Source: Eledone cirrhosa
Taxonomy: Eukaryota
Assembly (NCBI GenBank): GCA_964016885.1
Contig: OZ024755.1
Location: forward strand, 7,626,001-7,690,000
Direction: 5' to 3'
Length of the DNA: 64,000 bases
Below are positions 1-14,458 of this stretch, piece after piece. Made by a program: the position numbers and the translations under genes. The notes below the pieces were generated by a model. It was given only the letters and a program-made list of their open reading frames with translations, was not told where the DNA came from and made no database searches. Every line of letters begins with the position of its first letter. The first letter of the stretch is position 1.

Positions 1-120
1 GTTGATCAATGCCTTGCAAGTTAAATTTGGTAGACAGAAGCAGCTCACTAATCCCATTAGCTGGTTATTCCGTTATTCAAACAACAGGAATACTCATCAT
101 TGGAGCCGACGGAGATCCAA
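1..120 (+). mobile_element. 3' end of CORE-type SINE (family B), degenerate
   Basis: Ends ...caacaggaatactcatcattggagccgacggagatcca, the same 3' tail as copies ending near 4715, 15530 and 55632. Confidence 0.55.
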
Positions 121-299
121 TACAGGCAGCAATTATAATGGTTTTGTTCTTGTTGTTTAATTCTACGTTGGTATCAGAGAGTTGTGATTCCTTTGTGGTT
201 TCAACAACTGAAATAAAGAAGAAAATGGCTGCATTTGATGTCTGGAAACAAATTGAAGAGATGTAAAATAACGGATTGTACCAAAGAACATCAAAGGTG

Positions 300-700
300 A
301 CTGGTGCGTGTATATTAGGGAAGGGGTTGTATGGATAGTATAGATAGTGTATATAGTATATATAGTATCAATGGTATGTATGGTGTTGATAGTGTTGATG
401 GTATAGACATTGTTGATGTTACACATGGTATAGATGTTCTTGATGAAGTTGATAGTATGATGGTATAGATAATATAGATATTAAAGATGGTTTAAATTAC
501 ATGTATTCTGTTGGTGGTAGGATGGTATAAGACAGTGTTGACGTTATACATAATATAGATGTTCTCGATGGTATGATGGTATAATGATATTGATGATATA
601 GTTGTTAATGGTATACACGGTACGAATGGTATTGATTGTATTGACACTGTTGATGGTGTAATGGTATTGATGGTATATGTGCTATAGTTGGTTTTGTTGA
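300..700. repeat. Degenerate ATGGTAT/GATAGT-type low-complexity tandem repeat
   Basis: Recurring atggtata(g)/gttgat units. Confidence 0.7.
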
Positions 701-794
701 TATAGATAATTATTTTAAAGCTATACCAAAGAACAAGTACTGCCAAGATATTTATGGCTGAAACTCTACATTTTGTATCGAGCTCTGTATTTAA

Positions 795-1029
795 CCCTTT
801 ACCATTTAAACCGGTTGTATCCGGCCAGAATTCTCTCACCTCTTTCTCTTCATTCAAACCGGCCATAACTGGCCACTTATACCGATGTTAAGTTATTGTT
901 CCCAAATAAATACTATCAAAATCTCATAGATTCAATATTATGTGAGGTAATTATGTGATGTAAAGCCTGACTGTGAAAATACAATAGTAAATACAATAGT
1001 AAATACAGAGTAATGTAAATGCTAAAGGG
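795..1029. mobile_element. piggyBac-like MITE
   Basis: ttaa-CCCTTTACCATTT ... AAATGCTAAAGGG-taat: 13-bp TIR with 1 mismatch, CCC/GGG termini, TTAA on the left and a degenerate TTAA on the right. Confidence 0.6.
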
Positions 1030-1309
1030 TAATAGGTCACACTCACCTATAATATTCTGTTCTGAATTTTATTTCCATTTTGGCGTGATTTATCCCCCCC
1101 ACCTTCAGTGACGCCAAGATATTTATAAGTCTTCTTTTATGGAAATTCATGTTCAGGTCTACATTTTGTTATTTGGGTTACTACAGATGCTTTCCCAGAA
1201 CGTATGTATTTCTTTCATTGAGGGTGGCATTTTTATTTCTAATTCCTGTTTTCCTGTTTCTATTTTGCTATCTGTTTCAAATAATAATAATATCGATAAC
1301 AATAATTAT

Positions 1310-1760
<451 letters not shown>

Positions 1761-1876
1761 AAACACATGATGCAATGATAAGGTACAAGATATCGTTGAT
1801 AGTTGCAAATGGCTGCGATGGCGATTATTTTCGTGATGGCGGCGGGGATCATGTAGACTGATATATTTTGGTTAAA

Positions 1877-1907
<31 letters not shown>

Positions 1908-2239
1908 CATAAACCACCCGAAACCACACAAAACTAAAACAAACAAAATAGATACGGTGAACATCAAACCCCCTGTAATTGCTGCTGGAATCCATAAAAT
2001 GATATTCGACGAGGCATATAGATCGATACCTATTAAATGATTTGCTTTTATATTTAAGATATTCATCTTTCTTCGTAGTGTCCATGTTTGTACATAAACA
2101 TCAATGACACAATATCACATATCAAATGGACAATTACACGGCGTCTATCGTATAATCTTATGTCTACAAAATATTATATGTATTTTATATATGTTATGCA
2201 TATGTAGTATGTATATATACGGGTGCGAATATTAATATG

Positions 2240-2263
2240 CATATATGTATTTGTATATATATA

Positions 2264-2295
<32 letters not shown>

Positions 2296-2371
2296 GCACA
2301 TATTTATGCATACATACAAATATATCTAGAATGAGATAGAATGGAGATAAATTGGTATTTATATATGTATA

Positions 2372-2464
<93 letters not shown>

Positions 2465-2615
2465 ATATATATATATTTGTATTTATATATATATATTTGT
2501 ATTTATATATATATATATTTGTATTTATATATATATATATATTTGTATTTATATATATATATATATTTGTATTTATATATATATATATTTGTATTTATAT
2601 ATATATATATATTTG

Positions 2616-2678
<63 letters not shown>

Positions 2679-2690
2679 GTATATATATAT
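2240..2690. repeat. (TA)n array with TTTGTA interruptions
   Basis: Direct reading. Confidence 0.95.
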
Positions 2691-2965
2691 TCAATTAATG
2701 TCTGTGATTTATGTATAATCATCATCTGACGAAGTTATCACCGTTGGAATATTAAAAGTCGCTGTCAATCGTTACTTTGCGTGTGTGTATGTACGTGATG
2801 TATGTGCATGTGTGCCTCTATACAAACACAAACACACACATATATAAATATATGTGTGTATATACGTGAATGTGTGTGTGTACGTATTTATATGTGCATT
2901 AATTTATACATGTGTGTGCATGTCTGTTTTTTGCTTGTATATGTATATATGTGTAGTGTATCAGT

Positions 2966-3070
<105 letters not shown>

Positions 3071-3591
3071 TAAACGACTAAATTATAATATAAAATAAAT
3101 TGCCAACGTCAATTTCACCGCACAACCCCACCAGAATATAACCATTGTATCAACATAAAGAAACAAAGAAACAATCTGCCAGCACATTGTCTTCCGTCGG
3201 TCATTCACTCCTCGCCTACACACTAGAATCTCAATATATGCAGAGACATGACCAGATAGCTAGCTTTATTTGTTACTATTTTGTCCATAGAATAGGGGCG
3301 GTGCCATGACCTCTAGCTGTCCCTCACAGAGAGATGCAATGGTTGATGAAGTAAATATTTATCTACAACGTGCACAGGTTTAAACCGTAAGCAGAGCGCT
3401 TTCCATAGAGAGCTGAAATTGTCATGAAGTAGAACATCGCAAAATGTAATGTAGTGTTTAGAATGTGGCCATAGGTGTGATGTCTAGATAAGTTTGTCAA
3501 ATATATTTTGGTGAGAGTGGATTGCAACAGTTCTTAGACAACTATACACATAATAAATATACACATAATAAATATTTCGAGAGACATATAA

Positions 3592-3638
<47 letters not shown>

Positions 3639-3744
3639 CCCTGTTTGCTGAAAATTAAAGTAAGTGAGTCTGTCACTACTCTAAAACAATAGCATAAGGT
3701 CTTCGAAATGCTGTTAATTAAGCATACAGTGTATTGCAAAATAC

Positions 3745-4432
<688 letters not shown>

Positions 4433-4554
4433 GATAATAATGGAGCTGCGGCGCTGCAAATGGGTTACATATGAAAAAGTTTGTCCTCATCAGTGGCCAT
4501 CCAACCGTCGTAGGCATTTCGTCGCATTAAAGGCCATATATATATTAAATATAC

Positions 4555-4715
4555 ATAGCCAAGCATCGCACAGTGTGTCACGCCGAATCTCGTTGAAAAT
4601 TACGCTGAGTGTACACGTGTTTATAAAATGCTCGGACACTTGCACAGTTTTATGAGCAAGCTTTTCTGTTAATCGACCTAGTGGAATACTCATCGTTGAA
4701 ACCGACGGATGTCCA
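4555..4715 (+). mobile_element. Family B SINE 3' half
   Basis: cacagtgtgtcacgccgaatctc...atgctcggacacttgcac...ggaatactcatcgttgaaaccgacggatgtcca, shared with the 15290-15530, 36630-36950 and 55329-55632 copies. Confidence 0.65.
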
Positions 4716-5031
4716 TCTATTTTACTTGGTTATAAAATGGTTAAAGGTGTAAGGTGGTGGATGAGGGAGGCTATAAGTTCTTAAGTATTTAATGTGGAAA
4801 AACCGTTATTCTGAGAATTTTTAGATTATCGATCTGAGAAATCGATCAAGACAGAAATCTCAGCTTCTGTTAAGTTTGAAAAGTTGGAGGTTAATAGTTG
4901 ATGAAAGTTACGTGGGTGAGAGATTTCTGATTGATGTAGTTTTAGAGGGGAATGTCTTGGCACATTGATTAATAATGTCGAGGGACGGAGTGGGAGAAGG
5001 ATGAGATGAGTGACTTAATGGTGGGAAGAAG

Positions 5032-5122
5032 GAAGAAGAAGAAGAAGAAGAAGAAGAAGAAGAAGAAGAAGAAGAAGAAGAAGAAGAAGAAGAAGAAGAA
5101 GAAGAAGAAGAAGAAAGAAGAA
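5032..5122. repeat. (GAA)n microsatellite
   Basis: Direct reading. Confidence 0.95.
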
Positions 5123-5504
5123 GTGTTGTAAAGAGGTAGACAGATGACTGTTGCACGCAAACGTGATGATGAAGGAGGTAGGATCATATATATATATATA
5201 TATACATACATATATATATATAGATATATACGTATGTATACATACATATATATATAGTATGCAGCCTATATATATAGGAAAAGGGGAAAGTAAAATGTTC
5301 AGCCATTAAATGAATGTCTCCTGCTTCAAATTCTGTCTAAATTCTTAATGACTGATAGATATAGATGCTACACAACGGATCGCTGATGCCTTATTTCTTA
5401 ATGGAATATTAGAGGCGCCGTCATGACATACCGTCTTGGGCGTTTTAAAACTTAGCGGTACCCATCCCTCACCAAGTTTGACCACATACTATTTCCTCTG
5501 GTCA

Positions 5505-5755
5505 GAGATAGATAGATAGATAAATAGATGAATAAATATATGTCAAATAAATAGATAGATAGGTAGGGAAACAGATAGATAGATAAATTGATAGATAGAT
5601 GATAAATTAATAGATAGATAGATAAATTAATAGATATATGACAAATAATTAAATGCATAGATAGATAGATGACAGATAGATATGTTTCTTTATTTAGATG
5701 ACAGATAGATAGATAGATAGATACATACATAGATAGATAGATGGATAGATAGATA
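5505..5755. repeat. (AGAT)n microsatellite, degenerate
   Basis: Direct reading. Confidence 0.9.
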
Positions 5756-5954
5756 CAGACCTGTAAACTCTCTCCATCCGATGGGGAGATCTCCCATCCA
5801 ATTTGGGGTGGATGAGAGATGTCATCTCTTGTGAAAATGGGTATAGCTTTCATCATTATGTAAAATCTCCCAATTTTTGCCTCATTTCTCCACGATTTGG
5901 GACACTTTTTTTCATGGTACTCCACGTTTGGGTTTTTAGAGGCTGGTAGGTCTA
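5756..5954. mobile_element. Possible MITE with imperfect CAGACCT... TIRs, inserted in (AGAT)n
   Basis: cagacctgtaaactc at left vs gaggctggtaggtcta at right; AGAT repeats on both sides. Confidence 0.35.
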
Positions 5955-6029
5955 TAATAGATAGATAGATAGATGTGATTAAGAAAAAAACATTACAGAC
6001 AGTAAAGGACGATACAAAGGGGGTTTGGG

Positions 6030-6215
6030 CCGAGAGCTACGTGAGGGTGAACGGGAAGGACTCCGACTGGTTCCCCATCAACTGGCTTCCCCAGATCCCT
6101 TCAAATGTATCATCGACTATCTGAAAGTGAATCTCTGACTTTATCTTCGGGAACTACCGTTTTACCGACCTGAAATACGCTGATGACACCACCCTATTCA
6201 GGCCCGCCAGCGATT
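6030..6215 (+). mobile_element. RTE-clade LINE reverse transcriptase fragment (internally deleted)
   Basis: Manual translation ESYVRVNGKDSDWFPIN...PDPFKCIIDYL...FGNYRFTDLKYADDTTLF; YADD catalytic motif present, the expected GVRQG segment is missing. Confidence 0.8.
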
Positions 6216-6269
6216 GAGGCCTCTTGTTGACCTGGTCGGCTCTCCGCATATATATATATATATATATAT

Positions 6270-6480
6270 AGGCGGCCAACCGGACTGGCAACTTCTAATT
6301 TTTTGGCCGCCTCCTCGTCTTGGCATATCTCTGCTTTTCAGCCCCTTGGACTGTGTCTATTATATTCCTTTGTTAAATTTCAGAATACCTGATGATATCA
6401 CCGGATTCATACTGAACCCGGTCATTGAAATGTTCATAGTATAATAAAACTTTAAGGAATTACACCAGTCCAGCCTCCTG
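6270..6480 (+). mobile_element. Penelope-like/retrozyme terminal fragment inserted after (TA)n
   Basis: Follows a (TA)n tract, starts with a 10-bp IR (aggcggccaa/ttggccgcct), carries an HHR core followed by AATAAA. Confidence 0.55.
6385..6442 (+). ncRNA. Minimal type I hammerhead ribozyme, canonical core
   Basis: atac-CTGATGA-[accggattca/tgaacccggt stem II]-GAAA-tg tt ca-TA-gtat; stem I atac/gtat; AATAAA at 6443. Confidence 0.7.
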
Positions 6481-6539
6481 TTATTTTATAATAATTAACT
6501 CCGTACTCGCACCACCAACAACACAAACGAAGACGGGTG

Positions 6540-6895
6540 AGTTACATTACGTCGAGTGCTCTCCCTAATATTACACCAAGGTTGACTATACAGAATGACC
6601 AGTTCTATCCAATGGTGAACCAACAAACCTAAATATATATATACATATATAAAAGTCAGCTCAAAAGTGACACAGAGGAGACTGAGGTTAGCTGGACATG
6701 CTCACCGACATCCAGAGTTGACATTGCACTCAGTGCTCCTGTGGGGGCCCCTACATAGACACACTGGAAGGGCAAGACCAAGGTTAACGTATGTTGATGC
6801 CCTAAAGACAGACACTAGTCTGTTGGAGATGCAGGACATGGCAACGATAATGAGGACAGAGACCGCTGGAGAGAACTCGTCCATGGATCTCGGGA
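6540..6895 (+). mobile_element. RTE/RTE-X LINE ORF2 C-terminal fragment
   Basis: ORF 6667: RRLRLAGHAHRHPE..LLWGP....GRARPRLTYVDALKTDT matches the RRLxxxGH...W.P...RGRP..T/W.D C-terminal signature of RTE-clade ORF2. Confidence 0.8.
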
Positions 6896-7006
6896 ATTTT
6901 ACTCGCACTAGAGATATATATGCGTGTGTGTATATATTTATAAAAAACATGAAAAAAATATATACGTATACATCCACACACACACACACACACATTGCTC
7001 CACATA

Positions 7007-7260
7007 TGACGTATTATCTTCGTTTTTTCCGTTCATTGCCAGAGAACGTCTCTATGAACCACCTAAGAGAATATTAGTCTTCGACTTCTTTTATACCCTA
7101 AACGTGGTTCTGTCTTTGCGTGTAATTGTTTTTCACCGCTCCAAATAATGACGTATTATATTCGTTTTTTCCCGTCCTTTGCCAGAGAACGTTTCCACGA
7201 ACCAAAGTATCGTCTTCCTGTCTACCTCCGGTTGCAACGATTTTTTAAATATTCACTTCT
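7007..7260. repeat. About 141-bp tandem duplication upstream of an HHR-like motif
   Basis: atgacgtattat.ttcgttttttcc...tgccagagaacgt at 7007 and again at 7148. Confidence 0.75.
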
Positions 7261-7280
7261 GCGTTCACAGATTGACTTTG

Positions 7281-7336
7281 TTAGTTTCAGAAGATCCCGT
7301 TAAGGGTGAAAGCAGCGATTCTTTGCTTAAACTTAA
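7281..7336 (+). ncRNA. Hammerhead-like motif (CAGAAGA core variant), repeat family
   Basis: agttt-CAGAAGA-tccc gttaa gggt-GAAA-gca..tgc-TT-aaact; related copies at 22219-22270 (-) and 31712-31766 (+). Confidence 0.55.
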
Positions 7337-7443
7337 AATCTGTTATTTTAATAAATATTTGCTCTACGGTTCTTATATATTTGATATATATATTTATCCT
7401 TATCGAGCCCTCTTTGGATTTTAGTCTTCAAATTTATTATTAT

Positions 7444-7501
<58 letters not shown>

Positions 7502-7914
7502 ATATATATTGCATGTGTATGTGTGTATATATTCTATTATATTCAACAGATCCTTCAATCGTAAATAGCAACAACAAAAAATGACGTTTGTAACTGAGTC
7601 ACGAGTGTCACATTAAGATAAAATTTATTCCTTGTAAGTTAACGTTAAACTGTTAGTTATAAATCAAAATGTCTGCCATCTTAAACTAAAATATAACAAC
7701 CACAATAACAACAACCACAAAAAACGTTAAATGATACGAATGTAGATTTAAATACTAAAAATTGCTCAAAGAACAAAAAATAAGATTTTAAGCTGCTGCA
7801 ATTATCATAGAAATATTTATTAAACAATAACTTACAAGAGAAATTTATAGTAAAATTTTCTGTTTCTCTGAAGATCTTTACCGCCTACCGTATTTTACTG
7901 GTTGTTCATGCGTG

Positions 7915-7916
7915 TG

Positions 7917-7972
<56 letters not shown>

Positions 7973-8187
7973 TACATATATATATACATATATATATATA
8001 CATATATACATATATATATACATATATATATATACATATATACATATATATATACATATATACATATATATACATATATATATATACATATATACATATA
8101 TACATATATATATACATATATATATACATATATATATATACATATATATATACATATATACATATACATATATACATATATATATAC

Positions 8188-8246
<59 letters not shown>

Positions 8247-8287
8247 CATATATATACATATATATACATATATATACATATATATAC

Positions 8288-8340
<53 letters not shown>

Positions 8341-8583
8341 CATATATATACATATATATACATATATATACATATATATACATATATATATATATACATA
8401 TATATATATACATATATATATATATACATATATATACATATATATATACATATATATATACATATATATACATATATATATATACATATATATACATATA
8501 TATACATATATATATATACATATATATATATATACATATATATATATACATATATATACATATATATATATACATATATATAC

Positions 8584-8614
<31 letters not shown>

Positions 8615-8648
8615 CATATATATATACATATATATATATATACATACA

Positions 8649-8680
<32 letters not shown>

Positions 8681-8753
8681 CATATATACATATATATACA
8701 TATACATATATACATATACATATATACATATATATATACATATACATATATAC

Positions 8754-8826
<73 letters not shown>

Positions 8827-9025
8827 CATATATACATATACATATATACATATACATATATACATATATATACATATATATATATATACATATATATACA
8901 TATATACATATATATATATACATATATACATATATATACATATATATATATATACATATACATATATATACATATATACATATACATACATATATATATA
9001 TATATATACATATATATATACATAC

Positions 9026-9083
<58 letters not shown>

Positions 9084-9834
9084 GTAAATATATATATATA
9101 TATACATATATACATATATATATATGTAAATATATATACAGGCATTGATATTTACATAGTTATACTAGAATACATCACTAGCAACATCATTCAATATTCA
9201 AGTGCGTATGTTCGTGCCTCTGTTAATGCATGTACGCACATACATACATACATACATACATACATACATACATACATACATACATACATACATACATACA
9301 TACATACATACCAACATATACACATCTTAAAATACAATATACCATACATATATATAGCTATATATCACATACATGCGTATATATCTATATATCACCTCCA
9401 CACACACATATATATCTACATATCTCCTCCACACACACATATATATATAGCTATATATCACCCACACACACACACATATATATATAGCTATATATCACCC
9501 ACTCACGTACACATATATATAGCTATATATCACCCACACACATACACATATATCTATATATATATCTACATATATATATATCTACATATATATATATCTA
9601 CATATATATATATCTACATATATACATATATATCTACATATATATCTACATATATATATATCTACATATATATCTACATATATATCTATATATATATCTA
9701 CATATATATCTATATATATATCTACATATATAACCACCATACACATACATATATAGCTATATATCACACACATATATATCTATATATCACCCATATATAT
9801 CTATATATCACCCATATATATCTATATATCACCC

Positions 9835-9896
<62 letters not shown>

Positions 9897-9925
9897 CTAC
9901 ATATATTTATAGCTATATATATAAA
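7915..9925. repeat. About 2-kb (TA)n/(TATACA)n/(TACA)n compound array
   Basis: Direct reading; source of the 677/416/409-aa spurious ORFs. Confidence 0.95.
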
Positions 9926-10282
9926 AAGTCAGTAATAAATCTGTGAATCTGTTTCTTTCTGAACGTTATCTTGTCATTTCTTATAATTTCTGGACAACAA
10001 AATTAATTGTTTCAAACCGCAAAAAACTACCTTCAATGCTCTAAGGCACCGTGTGTGGTGTTTATTGCTACATACACATACACACACTTACACACAAACA
10101 CACACATTCACACCAACATATATATATGTATATATATATATAATGAAATATATATTTATGTATACAGATACATATATATATATATATATTGAAATATATA
10201 TTTATGTATACATATACATACAACTATATATATATATTGAAATATATATTTATGTATACACATACATATATATATATATATA

Positions 10283-10324
<42 letters not shown>

Positions 10325-10502
10325 ATAAATAAATAAATATATATATATATATATACATACACATATATATCTATGTAGATACATAAATTATATATAAATA
10401 GTTATATATATATATAGTTGTATATATACGCATTTGTATATATAGTGTTTGTTTTAAGAAAAAGTAACGGAATCTAATAGTTCAAAAGTGAAACAAAGCA
10501 TC

Positions 10503-10543
<41 letters not shown>

Positions 10544-11099
10544 GTAAATCAATTATTTTTATAATGATGGAAATCATATATAATAGCGTGAAAATTAGAT
10601 CTGAAAACCTGTAAATTTACAATTTATTAGCTTAATAATGTATAAGAAGAGCGATATTTAGAGTTAACGTGATAGTTTTTATTACATGAGAGATGAATGA
10701 CTGGTTAGATCGTCAATCATTATGCCCAGTTGTATCTATATTCATTAATGCTTTCTTATATACAGCGTTCAAATCTTACCGGGGTCAAGTTTGCTTTCAT
10801 CATTCAGGGTTCAATAAGACAAAATATAAGTCAAGTAAATATATTTGTAAGAAAAGAAGTAGCACTTAATTACTGAAGGAGTGTCTTGGGATTTTTAAAA
10901 CCTGGTGGAACTCACTCCTCCTCGGGTTGGAATACAACAGATTTTTTTTCTTTTAAAGAAAGAAAGAAAAATGAGAGAAAAAGTAATAAATAGAGATAGA
11001 GAAAGAATTGATCCTAGAACTGGATTGATTCTTCACGTGTCGATCAAGAATGCAGAGAAAAGCAAGTTTGACCTCAAAGTGATTTGAAAAACAAATAAT

Positions 11100-11284
11100 T
11101 GTTTCTATTTTAGGCACAAGGCCAGCAATTATCCAGTGCATTACTGGTACTTTATTTTATCGACCCTGTAAGGATGAAAGGCAAAGTCAACCTCGGCGGG
11201 ATTTGAACTCAGATCGTAAAGGGACGTAACTATGCTGGAAAGCATGGCGTCTGACCCTCTACTGATACTGCCAATCCACCGCCC
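11100..11284 (-). mobile_element. tRNA-derived SINE family A (short variant)
   Basis: A box TGGCAGTATCAG, B box GAGTTCAAATCC, body gcctttcatcc...gtcgataaaataaagtaccag; TSD aaaaacaaataat at 11087-11099 and 11288-11300. Confidence 0.9.
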
Positions 11285-11409
11285 TTTAAAAACAAATAAT
11301 GAGGTATTTTGAATCGACAACCTAACACTCGTCGTCGTTACCAGTGATGTACTGGGGTCAATATATTCGACTGCTCTCATCGGCTCAATTTTTATGAAAC
11401 GGTCTCAAA

Positions 11410-11610
11410 GGTGGGGAATTGGTGTAATGGTTAGAGTATCTGACACTGGCCTTATGGTATTTGTTTTAAGTCGTTACGTTCTGAGTTCAAATCACAGCAA
11501 AGTCATCTTTGACATTCATAATTCCGGGGTCGTTAAAATAAAGTCCAGTCAAATGCTGAGGTCGATATAATCGATTTCTAAGATTGCTGACCCTCTGCCT
11601 ATTTTAGAAA
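11410..11610 (+). mobile_element. Older family A-like SINE
   Basis: gttctgagttcaaatc...cattcatattccggggtcgttaaaataaagtccag, diverged. Confidence 0.7.
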
Positions 11611-11644
11611 CGATTCATTTTGAGATATTTGAATCGGTAGATCA

Positions 11645-11710
11645 GCACACACATATATATATTTATATATACACACACACACATTTATATATATATATAT
11701 ATATACACAT

Positions 11711-11807
<97 letters not shown>

Positions 11808-11900
11808 CATATATATATATATATACACATACACACATATATTTATATATACACACACACACACACATACACATATATATATATATATACACACACATAG

Positions 11901-11935
<35 letters not shown>

Positions 11936-11962
11936 TATATATATATATATAGAGAGAGAGAG
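11645..11962. repeat. (TA)n/(CA)n/(GA)n compound array
   Basis: Direct reading. Confidence 0.9.
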
Positions 11963-12350
11963 ACATTCATCTATATATGTAAATATATACCAAATGGTTT
12001 ATTTTAAACAATACCCCAGAAAGCTTGTCAAAGCCAAATCAAGAACACAAACAGTATTTTCAATATTAAAATATCTTTTGCCAGTTTTATTCTTATTCTC
12101 ATATTTATATATGTTTATATGAAATAAATAAAGTGATTAATATATCATATATTGTGGGAAACCTAGAAGAGATTGATATTTATGTAAATATCAACTATTT
12201 CACTTCTACTTTAATTTCATTCTAGTCAACTAGGAAATCTACATTTAATGTTGATGAGCCACTAAAAATGCCATTCTATTGAAAGTTATATGTGAATACA
12301 CTCACACACTCTCTCTCTCTTTCACACACACACTCACACACAGCTACACC

Positions 12351-12381
<31 letters not shown>

Positions 12382-12554
12382 CAAACATATATACATTTGT
12401 GACGTGCATGTAAATATTAGAATTCTCACACATACACATACACGAACATACGTGATCCAACAGACATACGCACATACCACACACAATATGTTCATATACA
12501 TAAGTATATACACACGCATTTACGAATATTATATACATACACACACATATACAC

Positions 12555-12677
<123 letters not shown>

Positions 12678-13057
12678 CATACATATACATATGTATATAT
12701 ACATTTGAAATACTTAATGGCATGTAAGAATATATCATCTTTTGACTATGTAAGGTTTTACTTTGCTTCGATGCGATGTTCACATTAAGACTACTTCGAA
12801 TTCTGAAATGGCTATATATATGCACGGAGAACATGGAAATCCTTGGTTATATACCTGAACACTGGTTCTTGTCAGGATATCATTCTAGGAGAGATAAAAC
12901 TCTGATGTAAAACTTACGAATCTATGGTAGCTAATGATGTTGAACCGTTTTACTTTCTGGATATATGTCACTATTGTTCAAAGAATGGGATTAGTCCAAT
13001 GAAAGTAGTTTCGAAGAAGTTTCGTTTACACACGCACATATTTATATATATATATAT

Positions 13058-13167
13058 AGGAGTGGTAACACAACAGTTAGTTCACCATACCGAGAACAAT
13101 TCTTTCACCTTATAAGCTGAAACTATTGTTCTCAGTATGGTAAACTAACTGTTGTGTTACAACTTCT
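13058..13167. repeat. 110-bp imperfect palindrome between (TA)n tracts
   Basis: About 55-bp arms with about 7 mismatches, centred on ttataa and flanked by tttca/tgaaa. Confidence 0.85.
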
Positions 13168-13230
13168 ACCAAACTCGTCCCATGGACTGAGTGCTCTACC
13201 ACTACGGATATTACCATATATATATATATA

Positions 13231-13289
13231 GTCCAGAATTAGCCGTCAAAACGGCTTGAGCTCAGCCGTCGGAGTCCTACTCGTTCTTA
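13231..13289 (+). mobile_element. Truncated HHR 3' half (same family as 23363-23498 and 30741-30780)
   Basis: tagccgtc-aaaa-cggc ttgagctca gccg-TC-ggag. Confidence 0.55.
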
Positions 13290-13425
13290 TATTTATATAT
13301 ATATAAGCAAAGAGATATTTAATTTGTTGGTAATTCCACAAATATATTTATAAGAGATTCGAAGAACTCGACTGGTTTTTTGGAGTATATATATATGTGG
13401 TTACCTCTGATTCAACCCGGAATGA

Positions 13426-13467
<42 letters not shown>

Positions 13468-13469
13468 GA

Positions 13470-13511
13470 TCCCGGAGCCGAAGATTGTGGGTTCAAATCC
13501 CATCAGGGTCG
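13470..13511 (+). pseudogene. 5'-truncated tRNA-Arg-like fragment (anticodon arm to acceptor stem)
   Basis: tcccggagccgaagattgtgggttcaaatcccatcagggtcg: T-loop GGTTCAAATCC and a tRNA-Arg-like variable region (gaagattg); the 5' half is replaced by (TA)n. Confidence 0.55.
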
Positions 13512-13560
13512 ATATGCACAAGGTTTAATTTTTCCCGACTTCTCCGATACATCATTTCTG

Positions 13561-13603
<43 letters not shown>

Positions 13604-14238
13604 CACGATTTCACTTTTGCTTATAGTCATTAGACAGCGGCCGCTTTAAACAAACACATACATGTACGTAATTTTATCTAGGCGTAGGCGTGTTTATATA
13701 TATGTATATATGCCTGTGGATGTACGAGTGTATATATATATATATATTTATATATATATGTGTGTGTATGTATGTATATCTGTTTGCCAGTTTATTTGTG
13801 AATCAATTTATTCATATACACACATATATAACATATAATGTATGTATGTATATATGTATGTACGTATGTATGTGTGTTCGATTCTGTGTGTGCCTGTATA
13901 TGTATACATTGGAGCATGTGTCTATATTTATAAGTATGTATGTTCTGTTTTCTTATCCCTCATCAATATTTTTACCACTAATACATTTTTACTATTTCAA
14001 TATTATGAAAATATAATTTATTGAAACGAAAACAAACAAGATTGCGCTCCTAATTACGACAACCAAGTCAATATTTGAACAATTCCCTCTATTGTTTGCC
14101 CACTAAACGTCATATATTGTGCTCCTCTCACTGTGTGTGAATGTATACGCATATATATATATATATATACCCAATCCAATCCAGTGTCTGTATAAATAAA
14201 TATACATTCACATACACACACACCCACACATACCCCTC

Positions 14239-14292
<54 letters not shown>

Positions 14293-14420
14293 CTCTTCCA
14301 TAGTCTTATTGTTTACCAACTTTCGCCTTTATATTCTTCGCCGTATTCCTAATTTCTTATTCCCTTAACTCATGTTTATCATCCCCATCTCTTTCTTGCA
14401 ATTTGCTATAGAATATTTTC

Positions 14421-14458
<38 letters not shown>

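Noticed and set aside
130-290. Peptide EIKKKMAAFDVW resembling RTE ORF2 (LEAFEMW)
   Set aside because: Similarity too short and weak to call without a profile search
7878-9935. Very long ORFs (677, 416, 409 aa) and similar I/Y/H/M-rich ORFs throughout the window
   Set aside because: Translations of (TA)n/(TACA)n microsatellites, which lack stop codons in several frames
12780-13600. CRISPR-like repeat/spacer appearance
   Set aside because: The repeats are variable-length (TA)n, spacing is irregular, the context is eukaryotic and there are no cas genes
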